DNA of 63,110 nt, taken from Octopus bimaculoides (taxonomy: Eukaryota). The stretch covers positions 54,228,346 through 54,291,455 of the forward strand of contig NC_068993.1 of the NCBI RefSeq assembly GCF_001194135.2, read 5' to 3'. The notes beneath the pieces were generated by a model. That model was not told the DNA's origin. It saw nothing but the letters and a program-made list of their open reading frames with translations, and made no database searches. Positions within the stretch are counted from its first letter, which is position 1. Each line of letters begins with the position of its first letter. Made by a program: the position numbers and the translations under genes. This document shows positions 34,070-47,966 of this stretch, piece after piece.

Positions 34070-34330
34070 CTGAAGGAATTCACTTCCTAACATGTAGTTT
34101 CAAGATCAGTAATCTTGTACAGCACTTTGGGTAAGTACTTTCTACTATGTGGGACTGAAGCCAACTAAATCCTTTTGAATGGATTTGGTAGACAAAAACT
34201 GAAAGAAGACCACATGTGTATGCATGTGGTTATATGTGCATTTGTGTGTACATGTCTTGACATCACACAACAGTTTGAGCATCATTGCAATACAAGCAGT
34301 GTCCTTTGTTTTCTATCTTCTGCAAGAAGA
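34070..34330 (+). mobile_element. SINE family B copy, diverged
   Basis: Shared core ..GGATTTGGTAGAC..AACTGAAAGAAG. Confidence 0.65.
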
Positions 34331-34999
34331 TGATTATCTGGCCACAGAAAAATCTGCTTCAATGAATTCTGCCTGAGCCACGCAAGCACAGAAATATGGA
34401 CATTATGGCAATTACAAACAGCAGTTCGTTTATATCAAATACATGCTAAATGAAGAGGATTTATAGCATCAAAAGCCTTGGGATGAATTTTTACTAAGAT
34501 ATTAAGTAAAACAAATTAGAATTATTACAGATGATGACACTAAAGAAAGCATATCGCTGTATGTCCAGACATCAAAGTAACTATGAAACCCTTTTGACAT
34601 TATCCTACTTGAAACTGCACCTGGACTATGATACAAAATTGTTCCTTTTGGATTTTATTTTCCAAACACCAGCATTCTTTTCTTTTTTTACAAACTAACC
34701 CTCTACAAATACTTGATTTTTTAAAATTAACTGCCATAATATAGTAAAAATTAGTTAATGTGAAAGTATTATTTCAGTGTGTGGATACTTGATAAACTTT
34801 TAAATGATACATAATTACTGCATGCTTATAGAATATTTCTATATCTTCAAATTAACATTTATTCCTTTATTACCCTTTTTGATACCAACCCACCTGAAAA
34901 TGCTCTTAGTTCTGTGATACAAACTTTTTAAAAGTTCAAAAGTTTGTATCACACTTTTTCTTAAACTAATCTACCTTCCATTATTGGTTTCAAACTGTG

Positions 35000-35170
35000 G
35001 CACAAAGCCAGCAAAGTTAGAAGGTGGGTGTCAGTCAATTACTCCAACCTAGTACTCAACTGGTACTCATTTTATCAACCCTGAAAGCATAAAAGGTAGA
35101 GTTGACCTCAGCAGAATTTGAACTCAGAACATTAAGACAGATGAAATGCCATTAAATATTTTGCCCAGCA
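35000..35170 (-). mobile_element. SINE family A copy
   Basis: ..GTTGACCTCAGCAGAATTTGAACTCAGAAC.. Confidence 0.68.
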
Positions 35171-35448
35171 TTGATTTTAATTCTAAACTCAGGCTTAATA
35201 ATGACAAGGTTATTTTACGTACTAACTTTATCATTATTTTCAAATTCATTGAAAGATAATGTATTTCAGCAGAAATATAAGAAAAAGGTTAGTCAAATAC
35301 TCAGATAAACAAAAGAATACAAAACTGAAGGAAGAAGCAGAATAAATCTATACATTGGCAATGTCTGGCATTCTAAAAACAAGGTAGAAAATTTCCTCAA
35401 TAATCTTCATTTTATATTTCTGTGTGTTAAACTAAAACTATACAGTAT

Positions 35449-35792
35449 AGATTGTTTGCCAACATAACATGACAGTCCTGGTTTAAGACGAATGTTGCTG
35501 TAATTTAGCCCCAGGAGAATTGTTTCTCATACTCTTGCATTTACAAGATTGCTGTTTGACACTCTGAGCTAGATCATCTTTAAGAGATTGGGACAAAGCA
35601 GTTCGATCTGCTCCCAGCAGTTTGAATCTACTAAACATTCACTTCTGAACTGTATCGTTTTAGAAAATTACTATTTGTAAATCTCACAACGCGAGATATT
35701 CGGCAACAGTATTTTGGAGTAAAGATTGTTTGCCAACATAATATGGTAGTCCTGGTTTAGGACGAATGTTGCTGTAATTTAGCCCGAGGAGA
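35449..35792. repeat. Element with 70-bp direct terminal repeats (period 274 bp)
   Basis: AGATTGTTTGCCAACATAA..GTCCTGGTTTA.GACGAATGTTGCTGTAATTTAGCCC..GGAGA at 35449 and 35723. A reverse-complement copy lies at about 7410-7490. Confidence 0.75.
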
Positions 35793-35975
35793 CATCGAAA
35801 TACTGCTAAGCATTTTGCCTGGCAAGCTAACATTTCTGCCAGCTCACCACCTTAATACGAATGATATTGAAAAGATTTGCAGCGGAAACAGTGCAAGTTT
35901 TCTATCAATCAATGGTTTTCTCAAGATCTGTATGCATTCATTTCCAAAATTTCTATTTTCATCCACACTCTAAAG

Positions 35976-36469
35976 CAGTGGTTCTTAACCTTTTCAATAT
36001 CCAGACCAGATCCAAAACCTGGATGTTTTTAGAGACTATACCCATAAAAAGTAAAACACAAGTCAATTAAGGGAAAAATTTATTATACTGAGACTCGGAG
36101 GGGGTGGGATGACAGGGGACCAAGACTCCTGGTGGTTTGCTGCGCTCGAAAAGACATGTCAAACGAAGTAAAAGTGTGGTTGCCCTTGCAACCCTCTCCG
36201 GCTGAGCATCTTTAATCTTGCAGACTCGTAAGTGCAGGTGCCAGGTAAAAAGAACCCATGCCAGTGCTGTGTAAAGCAAGGCATCCAGCTGTAGAAACCA
36301 TGCCAAAACAAGACATGGAGTCTGAACAGCCCTTCAGTGCTTGTCAAACTGTCCAACCCATGCCAGCATGGAAAACAGACATTAAATGGCGATGATAAGA
36401 GGGAAGACCATCAAGGGCTGTTGGAAGGATGCTTGAGGGCCACATGTATCCTTGAGAGAAGAACCACTG
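35976..36469. mobile_element. hAT MITE with nested retroposon fragment
   Basis: CAGTGGTTCTT / AAGAACCACTG TIRs, perfect TSD CTCTAAAG. Confidence 0.85.
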
Positions 36470-37169
36470 CTCTAAAGACTAAACAGGACAATATATATAT
36501 TACACAAGTCAATAAATTTGCCCCTACACATCTCTGGATATAAACTTTGCTAACACCTATTCTTTCTTTTATTTACTGCTAATAAATTTATTAATTCACA
36601 TCGACCCTTATGCCTATTTATTTTGGCCTAGATTACGAATAGGATCTTTTAGAAATAATTGTCTCTACCCAACCCATAGTCTTATTTATGCTTCAATCCA
36701 GCCTGCAATGACAAAGAAATCTGACACCCTTGATGTAGCTGTTATACAAATTAATCATTTATGTGCATGTGCACACTTTATGCATAATTGATGATTTCAT
36801 CAACAAATATAACTACGTCATCATTTCACATTCATTCTTGCTATGTTTGCATAGGCTGGGCAGATCTTTTGTCATCTGCTTTATGAGGCTTTGCATCTTG
36901 ATACAGAACGGATATTTTATATTTGACAATGATATTTATATTTTTATCTTTTATAAAACAAAAGCCAGAACATTAGAATTTGAAGAATACAAAATTAGTT
37001 AACTGCTGAGATCAGTAAATTGTACAAAGTAAGTTATATTATTATCACCAGCATCAGTTCAAAACTCACATCATCTTGAGAATGCATTACATGAAATTTT
37101 CATTCTTTTCAATTCCATGTTCTCCTATATGTAAGGTTTAGTTTTCTCATGTATTATTATTGTTTAAAT

Positions 37170-37440
37170 GCCATGAAGCTTGTGGGTGCTAGAGCCACAT
37201 AAAAAGTACCAGTGCTGGTTCCATGTAGAGAGCATCACATGAAAAGCACCCATGCCGGTGCCACATGAAAAGCACCGAGTGCACTCTGTAAAGTGACTGG
37301 CATTAAGAAATAGAAACCATGCCAAAACAGACAACTGGAGACTGATGCGGCTCTCTGGCTGGCCAGCTCCGGTCAAGCTCCCCAACTCATGCCAACATGG
37401 AAAACGAATGTTGGATGATGATGATGATGATGATGATGAC
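37170..37440 (+). mobile_element. (GAT)n-tailed retroposon fragment
   Basis: Family similarity with a long (GAT)n tail. Confidence 0.72.
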
Positions 37441-38174
37441 TGAGAGATAGTTCTTTAAGCCTTTAGCATTTAAACCTGCTATAATTTGGTCCAAATATTC
37501 TCCCTGTTTTATGTTCAAATGGCCAGATCCAGCCTCTCAGGCTTACCCTAAAAATTGTCATTCTAAAAATAAACAATCACATAACTTAGCCCCACTTTCA
37601 CACTTAACTCCTAATAACAAAAGTACTTATTCACATCTTTTAGTAAATTCAATTGCCTTGAGGAATAGAAAGTTGAATGTCTCAGGTTCTAACCCATTAT
37701 CAGACAGCAGAAGACCATTTCCTATTAGTGCTGTCCAAGTAAATGATTCTTTTGCAATCTTCTACTCTCTGCTCATGGCACAAGTCTGAAACATTAGACT
37801 TTCCACCCCTCACAGCAACTGAATGCATCCAACATTCCACCAACTTTCTTCTTGATATAATATTGCCATCATCATTTTCCTCACAACACTAGATGTTTAC
37901 CCAATATCTTCAGTACTTAAACCATTAATTACATGTAACATACCCTTCTACCTGCATTTATGCAAAGAGGTCCTTTCTTCACCAATAAAGAAAAATATCT
38001 TGCAAAGAACTGTCCTAGTTAATATTCATAACATCTGGCTTGTCAGTAACTTCCAACACTACATGAAATCAACCTGAACACTTTTGATTATGTCTCTAGG
38101 TGAAGGCAAAATCACTTGAGCTTCAAAAAGAAACTAAGGACATCTGGAAATGTTTGTAACAACAGATGACTTAA

Positions 38175-38395
38175 CCCTTTCGTTACTGTATTTATTTTGA
38201 GGGGTTCTGTGTTTCTTTCAATTACTTTAAATATAACAAAGAATTTAGTAAAAATAACTTAGTTATCATTAAGCTAGTGTTAGGAACATAAATTATAACT
38301 AAGGTTTGGTGGAAGGTTTTAATTCAAATCTTATGAAAACAAGACATTTGTGCTCAGAGCCAGAGCCGGTTTCAGCCAAATTGGTAACGAAAGGG
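38175..38395. mobile_element. piggyBac-like MITE, family B
   Basis: TTAA|CCCTTTCGTTAC ... GTAACGAAAGGG|TTAA. Confidence 0.85.
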
Positions 38396-39315
38396 TTAAG
38401 ACACTAGTTACTTTGTAGAAAAGGGAACACAGTAATTTAGAACAAATTAAATATGAAGACGAAATACTGACAATGTAATGAGAAGCAAACCTATAAAACT
38501 AATAAGTAATTAAACAATAGGTAGGACAATTAAAAATACACTGCAAACTGTAATTCTTAGAATGAAAGAGGACTGTTTGATAAACAAGCACAAAGAATTT
38601 GCCCACCATTAAATTATAACTGACCATCAGTATAAGAGAAAGATATGATTCAAACGATTGTACCATCATAGCCTATAATTCCTTTAATATACCGAAACCA
38701 ATAAAAGAGACTATGTGGACAATGAGATGCTAAAAATATCAGCTAACCTTAAAATAAGATCTATGGTGTAGTCCCAACTATTGTTGACAATTATATAGTA
38801 TAAGAGGGAAATAAAAATTCAATAACATATATTCCACAAGCCTATGAACAATTTGCTTCTGTATTTTATATGTAAAAAATGAAAGAAGGCTTTGATGGAA
38901 TATATAAAAGTTTAAAACATATATCAAATGAGGCTTTCTATAAGTTATCTTAACAAAATTAGAGTAAACAAAAACATTTGTAGCTTATAATGTTACTTTA
39001 CACAGTAAATTTGCCAGTGTTATTACAAGAACAAGAATTTGATTAATCACAATATAAATACAAAACTGATTACAGTTAATGAGGGAGATTGTTTATAACC
39101 ATACAACTTGCTAGAAATATCAGTCAATATTTTTAATGTCTTAAAAGGAGGGCATATTGGCTATTGTGATCTATTTATGTTTCAAGAGGAAAAAAAGACA
39201 AATTGTAACAGCTGGAATATTTATGATCATAGATCTAGACCAGTAGTTCCCAACCTGGGGTCTGCAAAGGTAGTACTGGGGGTCCATGAACTAAATTCAA
39301 AATTTCATATATATA

Positions 39316-39477
39316 GGCGCAGGAGTGGCCATGTGGTAAGTAGCTTGATTACCAACAACATGGTTCCGGGTTCAGTTCCACTGCGTGGCACCTTGGGCAA
39401 GTGTCTTCTACTATATCCTCGGGCCAACCAAAGCCTTGTGAGTGGATTTGGTAGACGGAAACTGAAAAAAGACTGTC

Positions 39478-39508
<31 letters not shown>

Positions 39509-39730
39509 GGTGTGTGTATGTTTGTGTGTGTGTTTGTCCCCGCACCATCACTTGACAACCGATGCTGGTGTGTTTATGTCCCCATGACTTAGACGTTCGG
39601 CAAAAGAGACCGATAGTATAAGTACTAGGCTTACAAAGAATAAGTCTTGGGGTCATTTTGTTTGACTAACGGCAGTGCTCCAGTATGGCCATGGTCAAAT
39701 GACTGAAACAAATATAAGAAAAAAAGAATA
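39316..39730 (+). mobile_element. tRNA-derived SINE, octopus OR/OK-like family B, near full length
   Basis: GGCGCAGGAGTGGCC..GGTTCAGTTCC head, central (TA)(TG) microsatellite, A-rich tail. Confidence 0.85.
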
Positions 39731-39755
39731 TACACACATAAGGATAAACATATTG

Positions 39756-39827
39756 AAAGGGGTCCATGGGAAAACTCATTTAAATAAAAGGGGTCCATGG
39801 GAAAACTCATTTAAATAAAAGGGGTCC
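39756..39827. repeat. 31-bp tandem duplication inside the hAT MITE
   Basis: ggggtccatgggaaaactcatttaaataaaa with period 31. Confidence 0.9.
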
Positions 39828-39999
39828 TTGGAAGCAAAAAGGTTGAGAACCACTGATCTAGACAATGAATGATGACCTGGTGCTTCAACAACATTACTGA
39901 TTAAAGACTGTTCAGAATCCTTCCCATCCAAGCTTTCCTAACATTTCTAGTAATGTTCACCATTTGTTCACAAGCAGATCTTTGCAATTCCTCTACAAA

Positions 40000-40345
40000 T
40001 CTGGTTCCCAACCACATGGCTCCAAGTTCAGTCCCACTGTGTGGCACTTTGGGCAAATGTCGTCTACTATAGCCTCGAGCCAACCAAAGCCTCGTGAGTG
40101 GATTCGATAGATGGAAACTGAAAGGAAGCCCATGTGTTTATGTCATTATCCCCTACCACCACTTGACAACCAGTTTGGTGTTTATGTCCCCATGACTTCG
40201 CGGTTTGGCAAAAGTCACTGATGGAATAAGTACCAGGCTTTAAAAAATTAAGTATTGAGGTTGATTTGTTCAACGAAAAAATTTTTCATGGCATTGACCC
40301 AGCATGGCCACAGTCTAATGACTGAAACAAGTAAAGAAGAACATA
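40000..40345 (+). mobile_element. SINE family B copy
   Basis: Collinear similarity to 39316-39730. Confidence 0.8.
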
Positions 40346-40452
40346 AGAGACATGCTTTGGATATTCTCTCAAATGTACATAATATCAGACAAGCAGTATT
40401 TCAATACAGAAGACTTCCAAGTTACAACATATATATCATGAAAACAATTTGG

Positions 40453-41276
40453 GGATCTTTCTGATTTGGCGGACACCATTTTTTATTTAGTGTGTTTTCT
40501 ACCGAAACACTTTAAAACTTCGTATACTTGTATATTTTGTCTTATAGAACAGAGAAAAATTTTCATATTCGAAGTTATTTCATGTTAAAAATTGTCGTAT
40601 TTCGGTAATTTCAACCAATCACTGATGTCTATTCAGCTGAATACAGTTACTGCTGTTCTTTGTCAACAATAATTTGTGGCGGTGTATATATTGTTAGTCC
40701 CTGGTAATCCTTTTGAATTAAGCACCAGTTAGGGCTTCCAAACAGTTGCTTCATTTCCAAGAAATAGCAGCCAAATCTTCCTCAAATCAAACTCTACCAT
40801 CTTTTAGAAAATGTGCTACTGAGTACACAGTACATAGAAAATTACTGAAAAATTGTTGAACAGATTTTCACCAAATTTGGCAAAAATACTCATTGGGTGA
40901 GTGGTTTGAAACGAGATTATCTAAAACCCTAACCCTGACCTTAAAACCAGTACAAACGATGTCATAAATAACAGTACCGCCAATAGTTGTTGACAAAACG
41001 GCAGTAATTTTATTCAAGGGAAAAGATCCCATTACACCACCAGAACGTGTTGTTGACAATCCACAGCAGTAATTGTTTTCACCTCAATAGACGTCAGTGA
41101 TTGGTTGAAATTACTGAAATACGACAACTTTTTAACATGAAATAACTTGGAATATAGAAACTTTTCTTAACAAGGCTAAGAGAAAAAGATGTTTTATATG
41201 ACACATTCTACCAGTATCCCAAGTTTGAAAGTGTTTCGTTAGAAAACAAATGGTGTCCGCCAAATCAGAAAGATCC
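40453..41276. mobile_element. MITE with GGATC termini, related to 6546-7261
   Basis: TIR ggatctttctgatttggcggacaccattt, long imperfect inner TIR, 8-bp TSD CAATTTGG/CAATTTTG, and shared subterminal sequence (..aatttcaaccaatcactga..). Confidence 0.85.
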
Positions 41277-42504
41277 CAATTTTGTAACCCACTTACAAGA
41301 AACAAGCAGCTGGAACCCTTGAAATCACTACAAATGTCAAACCCAATCATCACTGAACATCTCTCTGTCGTTACACACCTGCATAGTAAAGATTGGCCTC
41401 CCTCTTCAGAGTCAGAAAATATTTCAGTCAAAAAAATTACCAACAACATACTCCAATGTCTGATCCACAAACATTCTTCTGTCTCCTCTCTCTTGCTTCT
41501 CTACCATTACACTTCTACTAAGAGCTGACTGATTTTAAACAAATTTCACTCAGGCACTCTTGCGTCATCTCTCCTCTTCAACAAATGTTTATTACTTCAG
41601 ACCCAGCATTAACCATTGTATTCAGTGCTTCCTCAAGAGCCCCAGCTTTCTGGAATTCCTCTCATACTTCTATTTCCTGCAGCCATCAAATGGTGAATAT
41701 TTAAGAGGAATTGTAACTATATTACCCACAAGTCTGTTGGGAGAAGCTGCACAGGCCACAAAAAATATTTTAAATGTGTGACCTTAAGTTATATACACCT
41801 AAAGAAACATCAACCTGCTTGAAATAACAGCCTAATCCTCCCTATCCTTTTAATTGAGAAAAAGACATGCTGGATGGTGTCTGAGACATATGCCTACCAT
41901 GTAACAGGATGGTCAATCCTGTGAGAATGTATTTCATCATAAAACTATCTGATCTAGGGTGAACTGAAGCTCAACAACAATAACTAGGGGAGCTGGGATT
42001 ATTAACATAAAATTAAAATTGCTTTTAAAAATCCTACTTTAGGAAACTTTGATGTTTTAATGGGGAGATAAACAGGAAGAGCAACATTTCCAGGAAAGAC
42101 AAACACTAAGTAGCGGTAATATGGAGATAAATTACTAATCTTCCAACAGAACTTCATTCAGCATATTTGTGAAGACAAATCTATTAGGAACAATAAAATG
42201 CAGAACCATTCATTTAATTTTGCCATGTTTATATATTACATATTGGATTAATGATAGCATTACACTATCATAAAAACTGCAGAATCATATGATAACTGTA
42301 TCTCTATAAATCACTTTACTGTCAAGAACATCAAGTGGAATAATGATGGCATTAATTGAATGAGCCACTCAAATAATAGAAACTTACAATGGTGTACACA
42401 TATGCAAACTTATCTTCTCACCAAAACTATTCAGAAAGTTTAGAATCATATTTGATTTATTTGCTGAAGGGAGTTTTTAAACTAGAAGAGTGTGTCAATA
42501 AAGG

Positions 42505-42950
42505 AGTCATGCTGGCAGAATTGTTAGAGCATTATTATTTGTTTTGGCTCTTTGCCTTCTGAGTTCAAGTCCCACCAAGTTCAGCTGTTTGTTGCTCATT
42601 TCTCCAGGGTTGATAAAATGAAAGACTAGTTAAGAACTCAAGTTAATATGACTGACCAACCCTTCCCCAAAAATTTAAGGCCATGTACCACAATAAGAAA
42701 CCATTGTTGTTATTATTATTATTATTATTATTATTAGCATTAAAGTAGAAAGGTGGCGAGCTAGCAGAATCATTATCATACAGGGCAAAATGTTTGGCAG
42801 GATTTTGTCCTTTATGTTCTGAGTTCAAATTCCACTTAGGTCAACTTTGCCTTTCATCCTTTCAGGGTTGATAAATGAAGCACAAGTCAATCAGTGGGGT
42901 TGATGTAATCAACTAGTTCCATCCCGCCAAATTTCAGGCCTTTGTCTATA
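42505..42950 (+). mobile_element. Two SINE family A copies
   Basis: CTGGCAGAAT..TTCTGAGTTCAA cores at about 42510 and 42755. Confidence 0.72.
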
Positions 42951-43744
42951 GAAAGGATTATTATTAAAGCAGATTGTAGGGACAGACACAGCCATGCAGA
43001 TGAGAAGCTTGCTTCCAAGTAATGTAGCCTTGGGTTCAATCCCGCAGTGCAGCACCTTTGGGAGCCGTAGAAACCATGCCAAAACAAGACTATGAAACTT
43101 GGTGCAGCCCCTGGCCTTGCCAGCTCCTGTCAAACCATCCAACCCATGACAGCATGGAAAACAAACACCAAATGTTGATAATATAGCCTCAGGACAATTG
43201 AAGACTAGTTAGAGTGGATTTGGTAGACAGAAACTGAAAGAAGCCTACCACGTGCATGTAAGTGTTTGTGTCTATCATGCGATGGTTGTAAATGAGCATC
43301 ATCATACAAACAATATTTGTTTCATGAAAAACATGTCTGGTCATAGAGAACTATTACTTTGCTTGTAAAAAGGTAAGAGTTAGCAATAGGAAGGGAACAA
43401 AGCTGAAGAAAATCTTCCTCAACAAATTCCATATGACCCATGCAAACATGGAACATTACCATTGTCTTAACCTCCATTTTTCCATGTGGGAATGGAGACA
43501 TTAAATGATGATGATGATGATTGTAAGTGGTTTTAATCTCTGAAATTTACACAGAGAAAGAGAGAGAGAAAGTGTGTGTGTATGTGTGTAACACTTTGAA
43601 TGTTTGCAACTATGGGCCCATGCTCTAAGGTGGGAGACAATGTCAGTAAAATGGTGGATTAATAAAGGAAAGGAAACCCAAGAGAAGTCAATGCAATCAG
43701 CAGCAATTCTCTCTCAAAGACCAATTTCAGATTATGGTAAACAC

Positions 43745-44135
43745 AGGTGTGGCTGGATGATTAAACAGTTTGTGTCTCAACCACATGGTTTCAGATGCAC
43801 TGCATGTACCTTGCACAAGTGTCTTCTACCATAGCTCCGGGTTGAGCAAAGCCTTGAGAGGATTAGGTAGATGGAAACTGAAAGCCCATCACATGTGTGT
43901 GAGTGTATGTTTGTATCTCCCAGTCTTGACATCGTGTTATACTTGTAAATGAGTGTCACTGGCATACAAGTAGTAGGGTTCGTCCCCAATATTCAATATT
44001 CTGCAAAAACATGTCTGGCCACGGGGAACAGGTGAGGGTTGACGATAGGAAGGGAATCTGGCTGTGGAAAACATGCTTCAATAAACTCTGTCTGATCCAT
44101 GCAAGCATGAAAAAGTAGACGTTAAAATGATGAGT
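43745..44135 (+). mobile_element. SINE family B head with a (GAT)n-type tail
   Basis: Shared head, then a CTTGACATC..AAACATGTCTGGCC body also seen near 34260 and 43290. Confidence 0.65.
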
Positions 44136-44879
44136 ATGGAAGATACTCCATCAACAGGTACTGAAAATACTAAATCCAAACAAATGAGATTTTATATGGT
44201 TTATCATGGCCAGAACTGCTACAACAAACATATTCAAAACTTTTTATTTAGATATTATCTAACAAATCCTTCCTTTTTCTAAAACAATGGAATGTTATTT
44301 GAAGATTTGGCTATTCCTAGTCCATCAGGTGACAATGTAGCGGTTCCACCAGTGGCTCATATAAAGGCCATTTGTGGAAATAGTGCCAGTTATTGATTAG
44401 ATGACAGGTTTAATTAATATCACTCTGGTCTCGTACCATGCAACATCTCTGTTGGATTCTAGGATATGCACACATATCATACAAAGAGTAACTGATGTAT
44501 AGCAGCACCCCAGCTACATCTCACACAAAGACATAAACTGAAAAGAAGCCCATTGTATATACATATATATGTGTATGTGTCTTTGTATCCATTTGTCCCC
44601 CACCACCACCACCTGACAACTGGTGTTGGTATGTTTGCATTCCCATAACTTAACAGTCCAGCAAAGGATATTGACAAAATAAGTACCAAGTTTAAAAAAA
44701 GATACAAGTAATGGGGTCAATTTGTTTGACTGAATTTCTTGAAGGCATTCCCTTCAATTGACTTGTTTTACATTTTTTTTTTTTTTTTTGGTATGTCCCT
44801 CTAAAAAATATAAATCTACATTTTGGATCTGGCCTGGATATTAAAAAGATTAAGAACTACTATCCTAAAGAGTTTGTAT

Positions 44880-45090
44880 CTACTGCCAGTACCGCCAGAC
44901 TGGCCTTCACGTAAAAGCACCCACTACACTCTCGGAGTGGTCGGTGTTAGGAAGGGCATCCAGCTGTACATACTCTGCCAAATCAGATTGGAGCCTGGTG
45001 CAGCCATTTGGTTCGCCAGTCCTCACTCAAATCGTCCAACCCATGCTAGCATGGAAGGCAGACGTTAAACGATGATGATGATGATCATCA
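44880..45090 (+). mobile_element. (GAT)n-tailed retroposon fragment, well preserved
   Basis: Collinear with 168-417. Confidence 0.8.
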
Positions 45091-47719
45091 TCATCACTAC
45101 CACTCGGTTAATAGCTGTCTGAAACATTGAATAATTCACATTAATTAATCTGAGTATGGTGTTATCTAGCAATTATATATTAACACCTGATGTTAGTTCA
45201 GTCACACCTGAGGTATATTACTCCAGTTACTTCACAGCTACACCTGCAGTATGTTATAAATTCAATCACACCTGATGTTCCTACCATTCATCGAGTAATT
45301 AATGTGTAACATTGAATTTTCATTCCACAATATTAGTTTGCATTGTATAATTTTCTCACAGGCCTGAATTCTGGGACACTATGCATTAAAGGGTTAAGTT
45401 CAAGCTAAAAATAAGAAAAATGAATGAAATTTCAGATTTATAAACATTCGCTATAAATCTGTGTACGTGTGTGAGTGTGGGTGCTTTCTATTTAGATAAA
45501 AAAAAAGCTATCTGGACAAATTCCAACAAATCTGGCTACAGCTCTAACAGCTGAAAATATATTCTTCTTCCATACACTGTAGAGTATCTTCGCCCAAGTA
45601 AATATTTATAATGAGCAGAAATTTAATTATGTCATTAACTACAACAACAACACTAATTACTTAATGATACACAAGATTGTTTACATGTTTACAACTCGCA
45701 CCAGAATACAAGTTTGGCTGATGGAGTCATCTGTCCACTGTGGTTAAGCTTCTATAAATAATATTTACCACACATATGTGTGTGTGTATATATATATATA
45801 ACATTGCACATTGGTACGAATCTATAGATCTGATCCAACCATCCGCCTACCTTCCTATTTGTCTATAGAATTTGACACTTAAACCAGCAACAAGTCATCT
45901 TTTATCTGTTATATTATTTCCCCCATCTTGTCATTTTGTTGCGTTTTTCGCTCACAGGTAAACCACGTATATCAGCAACGCATTCAAATACAGGTACACA
46001 TTTATTTCAAAATGAAAAGGATGTACTGAAACTGAGTCTTATGCACATTTATATGACAGCTATCTACTTTTACTGGGTAGATTAGGAAAATAGAAGAAAT
46101 CACTTCTCAAAACAGGTGTAAAACATGAATTAAACAAAAAGGTCTCCCAGAACAAAACAAATCACGTCTTCCAGATAACAAAACACCGAATTACGTCCCT
46201 TATGTGTGTGTGTGTGTGTGGTTACACAGGTGGTTGTCGGACACCACCCTCAGTATCGATGGATGCATAACATCAAATACAAGTCTACACATGCACAACA
46301 CGTGGCAGTAATAGGATGCACAAACATAATGTGGCTCCAGAATGATGGATTCATTAACATGTAGTCGCAAGATCTAAAGCAAGCAGCTACAATGAGAAGG
46401 GCATGTATATGGATGTAGCTCAAACAGAGGACTTTATATAGTTTGCACAACTGGAAAGAAAACTGGTACATTTTACATATGTTGTTTATGTACCACAGTA
46501 CCACAAAACAACTCTCTAACAAGGTAGTTTGACGAAAACATGTATGTATGCGTCTTCTTTAAGATTCTTCAGAGAATTCAAACGATCACTAACAAAGAGA
46601 CGGTGATTTTTGTGTGTGTGCGGTTTTGGTTAATAAAGTTCCAGATATTAGTGAATATACGAGGTGTGTGCTTGGTACGCGTGTATAAATACTTTTATGT
46701 TGCGTGCGTGTTTTTGACAGCAGTAGGTGACTAACACTGGAAAAACATGGCAATACGAGCAACTCAGTTTAGAAACATGCTCATCTAAGCAATGATAGTA
46801 GTAGTAATAGTAGTGGTGGTGGTTGTGGTTGTCAAGTGCTTTTATTTAATAAATGCATGAAGTCATGTATATGAGGGGAAGACAATGGTTGGTGCTCACG
46901 CCTTCGCTAAGTAATGAGCGTCAGCTGAAATGTCTATCTAGGACGAGATGCGATGGAGGGAGAATGGAGAAAGAGAGAGAGAGAGACAATAGAAGCGATC
47001 ATGATACAAAGATTGGTGTAAAGAGACAAGGTACAATACAAGTGATAACAAAAGGAAAAAAGGAAGGGGTCACGGAGTGAAATATGGATGAAATTTAATA
47101 AATGAGGTGGTCAGTAGCTTAGAAACATGATGATGATGATGACAGAGACGATATGGTATGGGAAACGTTTCACTGTTATTATATCATCAGATGGACTTCA
47201 ACTGTATACACACGTGTGTGTGTGTGTGTGTGTGTTTATACACTGACTATCCATGTCCTGTGTCTGTGTGTTCGAATGCGTGTTCGTGTGTAGAGGCGAT
47301 TCTTTTGTTTGTGTGCTTGTCAGCATATGAATGTACGTTTACAACTTTGTATATTCGTGTGTGTGTGTGATACATAGAGGGGGTGTAAGTATATAGATAA
47401 ACACACCTAAGATCTCCAAAACGTAAAAAAAAATCACAGGTAAAAGTGATCAATGAGAACAGATTTAGAACATTCTAGATAATAACACTTGGTTGGTGTC
47501 AACAAATAGAAGGGGGGAGATTGAAGAGTAACAAGTACGGTAAATATATATATGTATGTATATATATATACGTGGGAAGAAAATATAGACTGGGTTTAAA
47601 TCAGAAAGAAGACGTACAAAAAACATCTCTGGATACAAGTGAAATGGAAATAAAGTGATGAAAGAAGGAAGTAAGATTGATATATAGCAGTAGAGGCAAT
47701 TATTCCTCTGAGCACGGAG

Positions 47720-47930
47720 TGTTTAAACACAACCTAATTTTGCTTTTATATATATATATAAAACCGGTAGGGTTTATTTTTTAAATTTTCAATATCAGAT
47801 TCAGAATCTGCAAAAACGTTATCTTTTTTTTAATGAGAAACTAATTCCAGTTAGGAGTACATTGTCAAGCGCTTCTTTTAAAGTGAAAAGAAGTTTACGA
47901 ATATTAAAAGTACTTTTCTGAGTAAGATGC

Positions 47931-47966
<36 letters not shown>

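Larger units (their letters stand above)
39241..39855. mobile_element. hAT (Charlie-like) MITE with nested SINE
   Basis: CAGTAGTTCCCAACC / GGTTGAGAACCACTG TIRs, perfect TSD ATCTAGAC. Same family as 627-764. Confidence 0.85.

Noticed and set aside
46250-46530. Unique-looking, possibly coding block
   Set aside because: All frames are short or unrecognisable, so I could not assign it.
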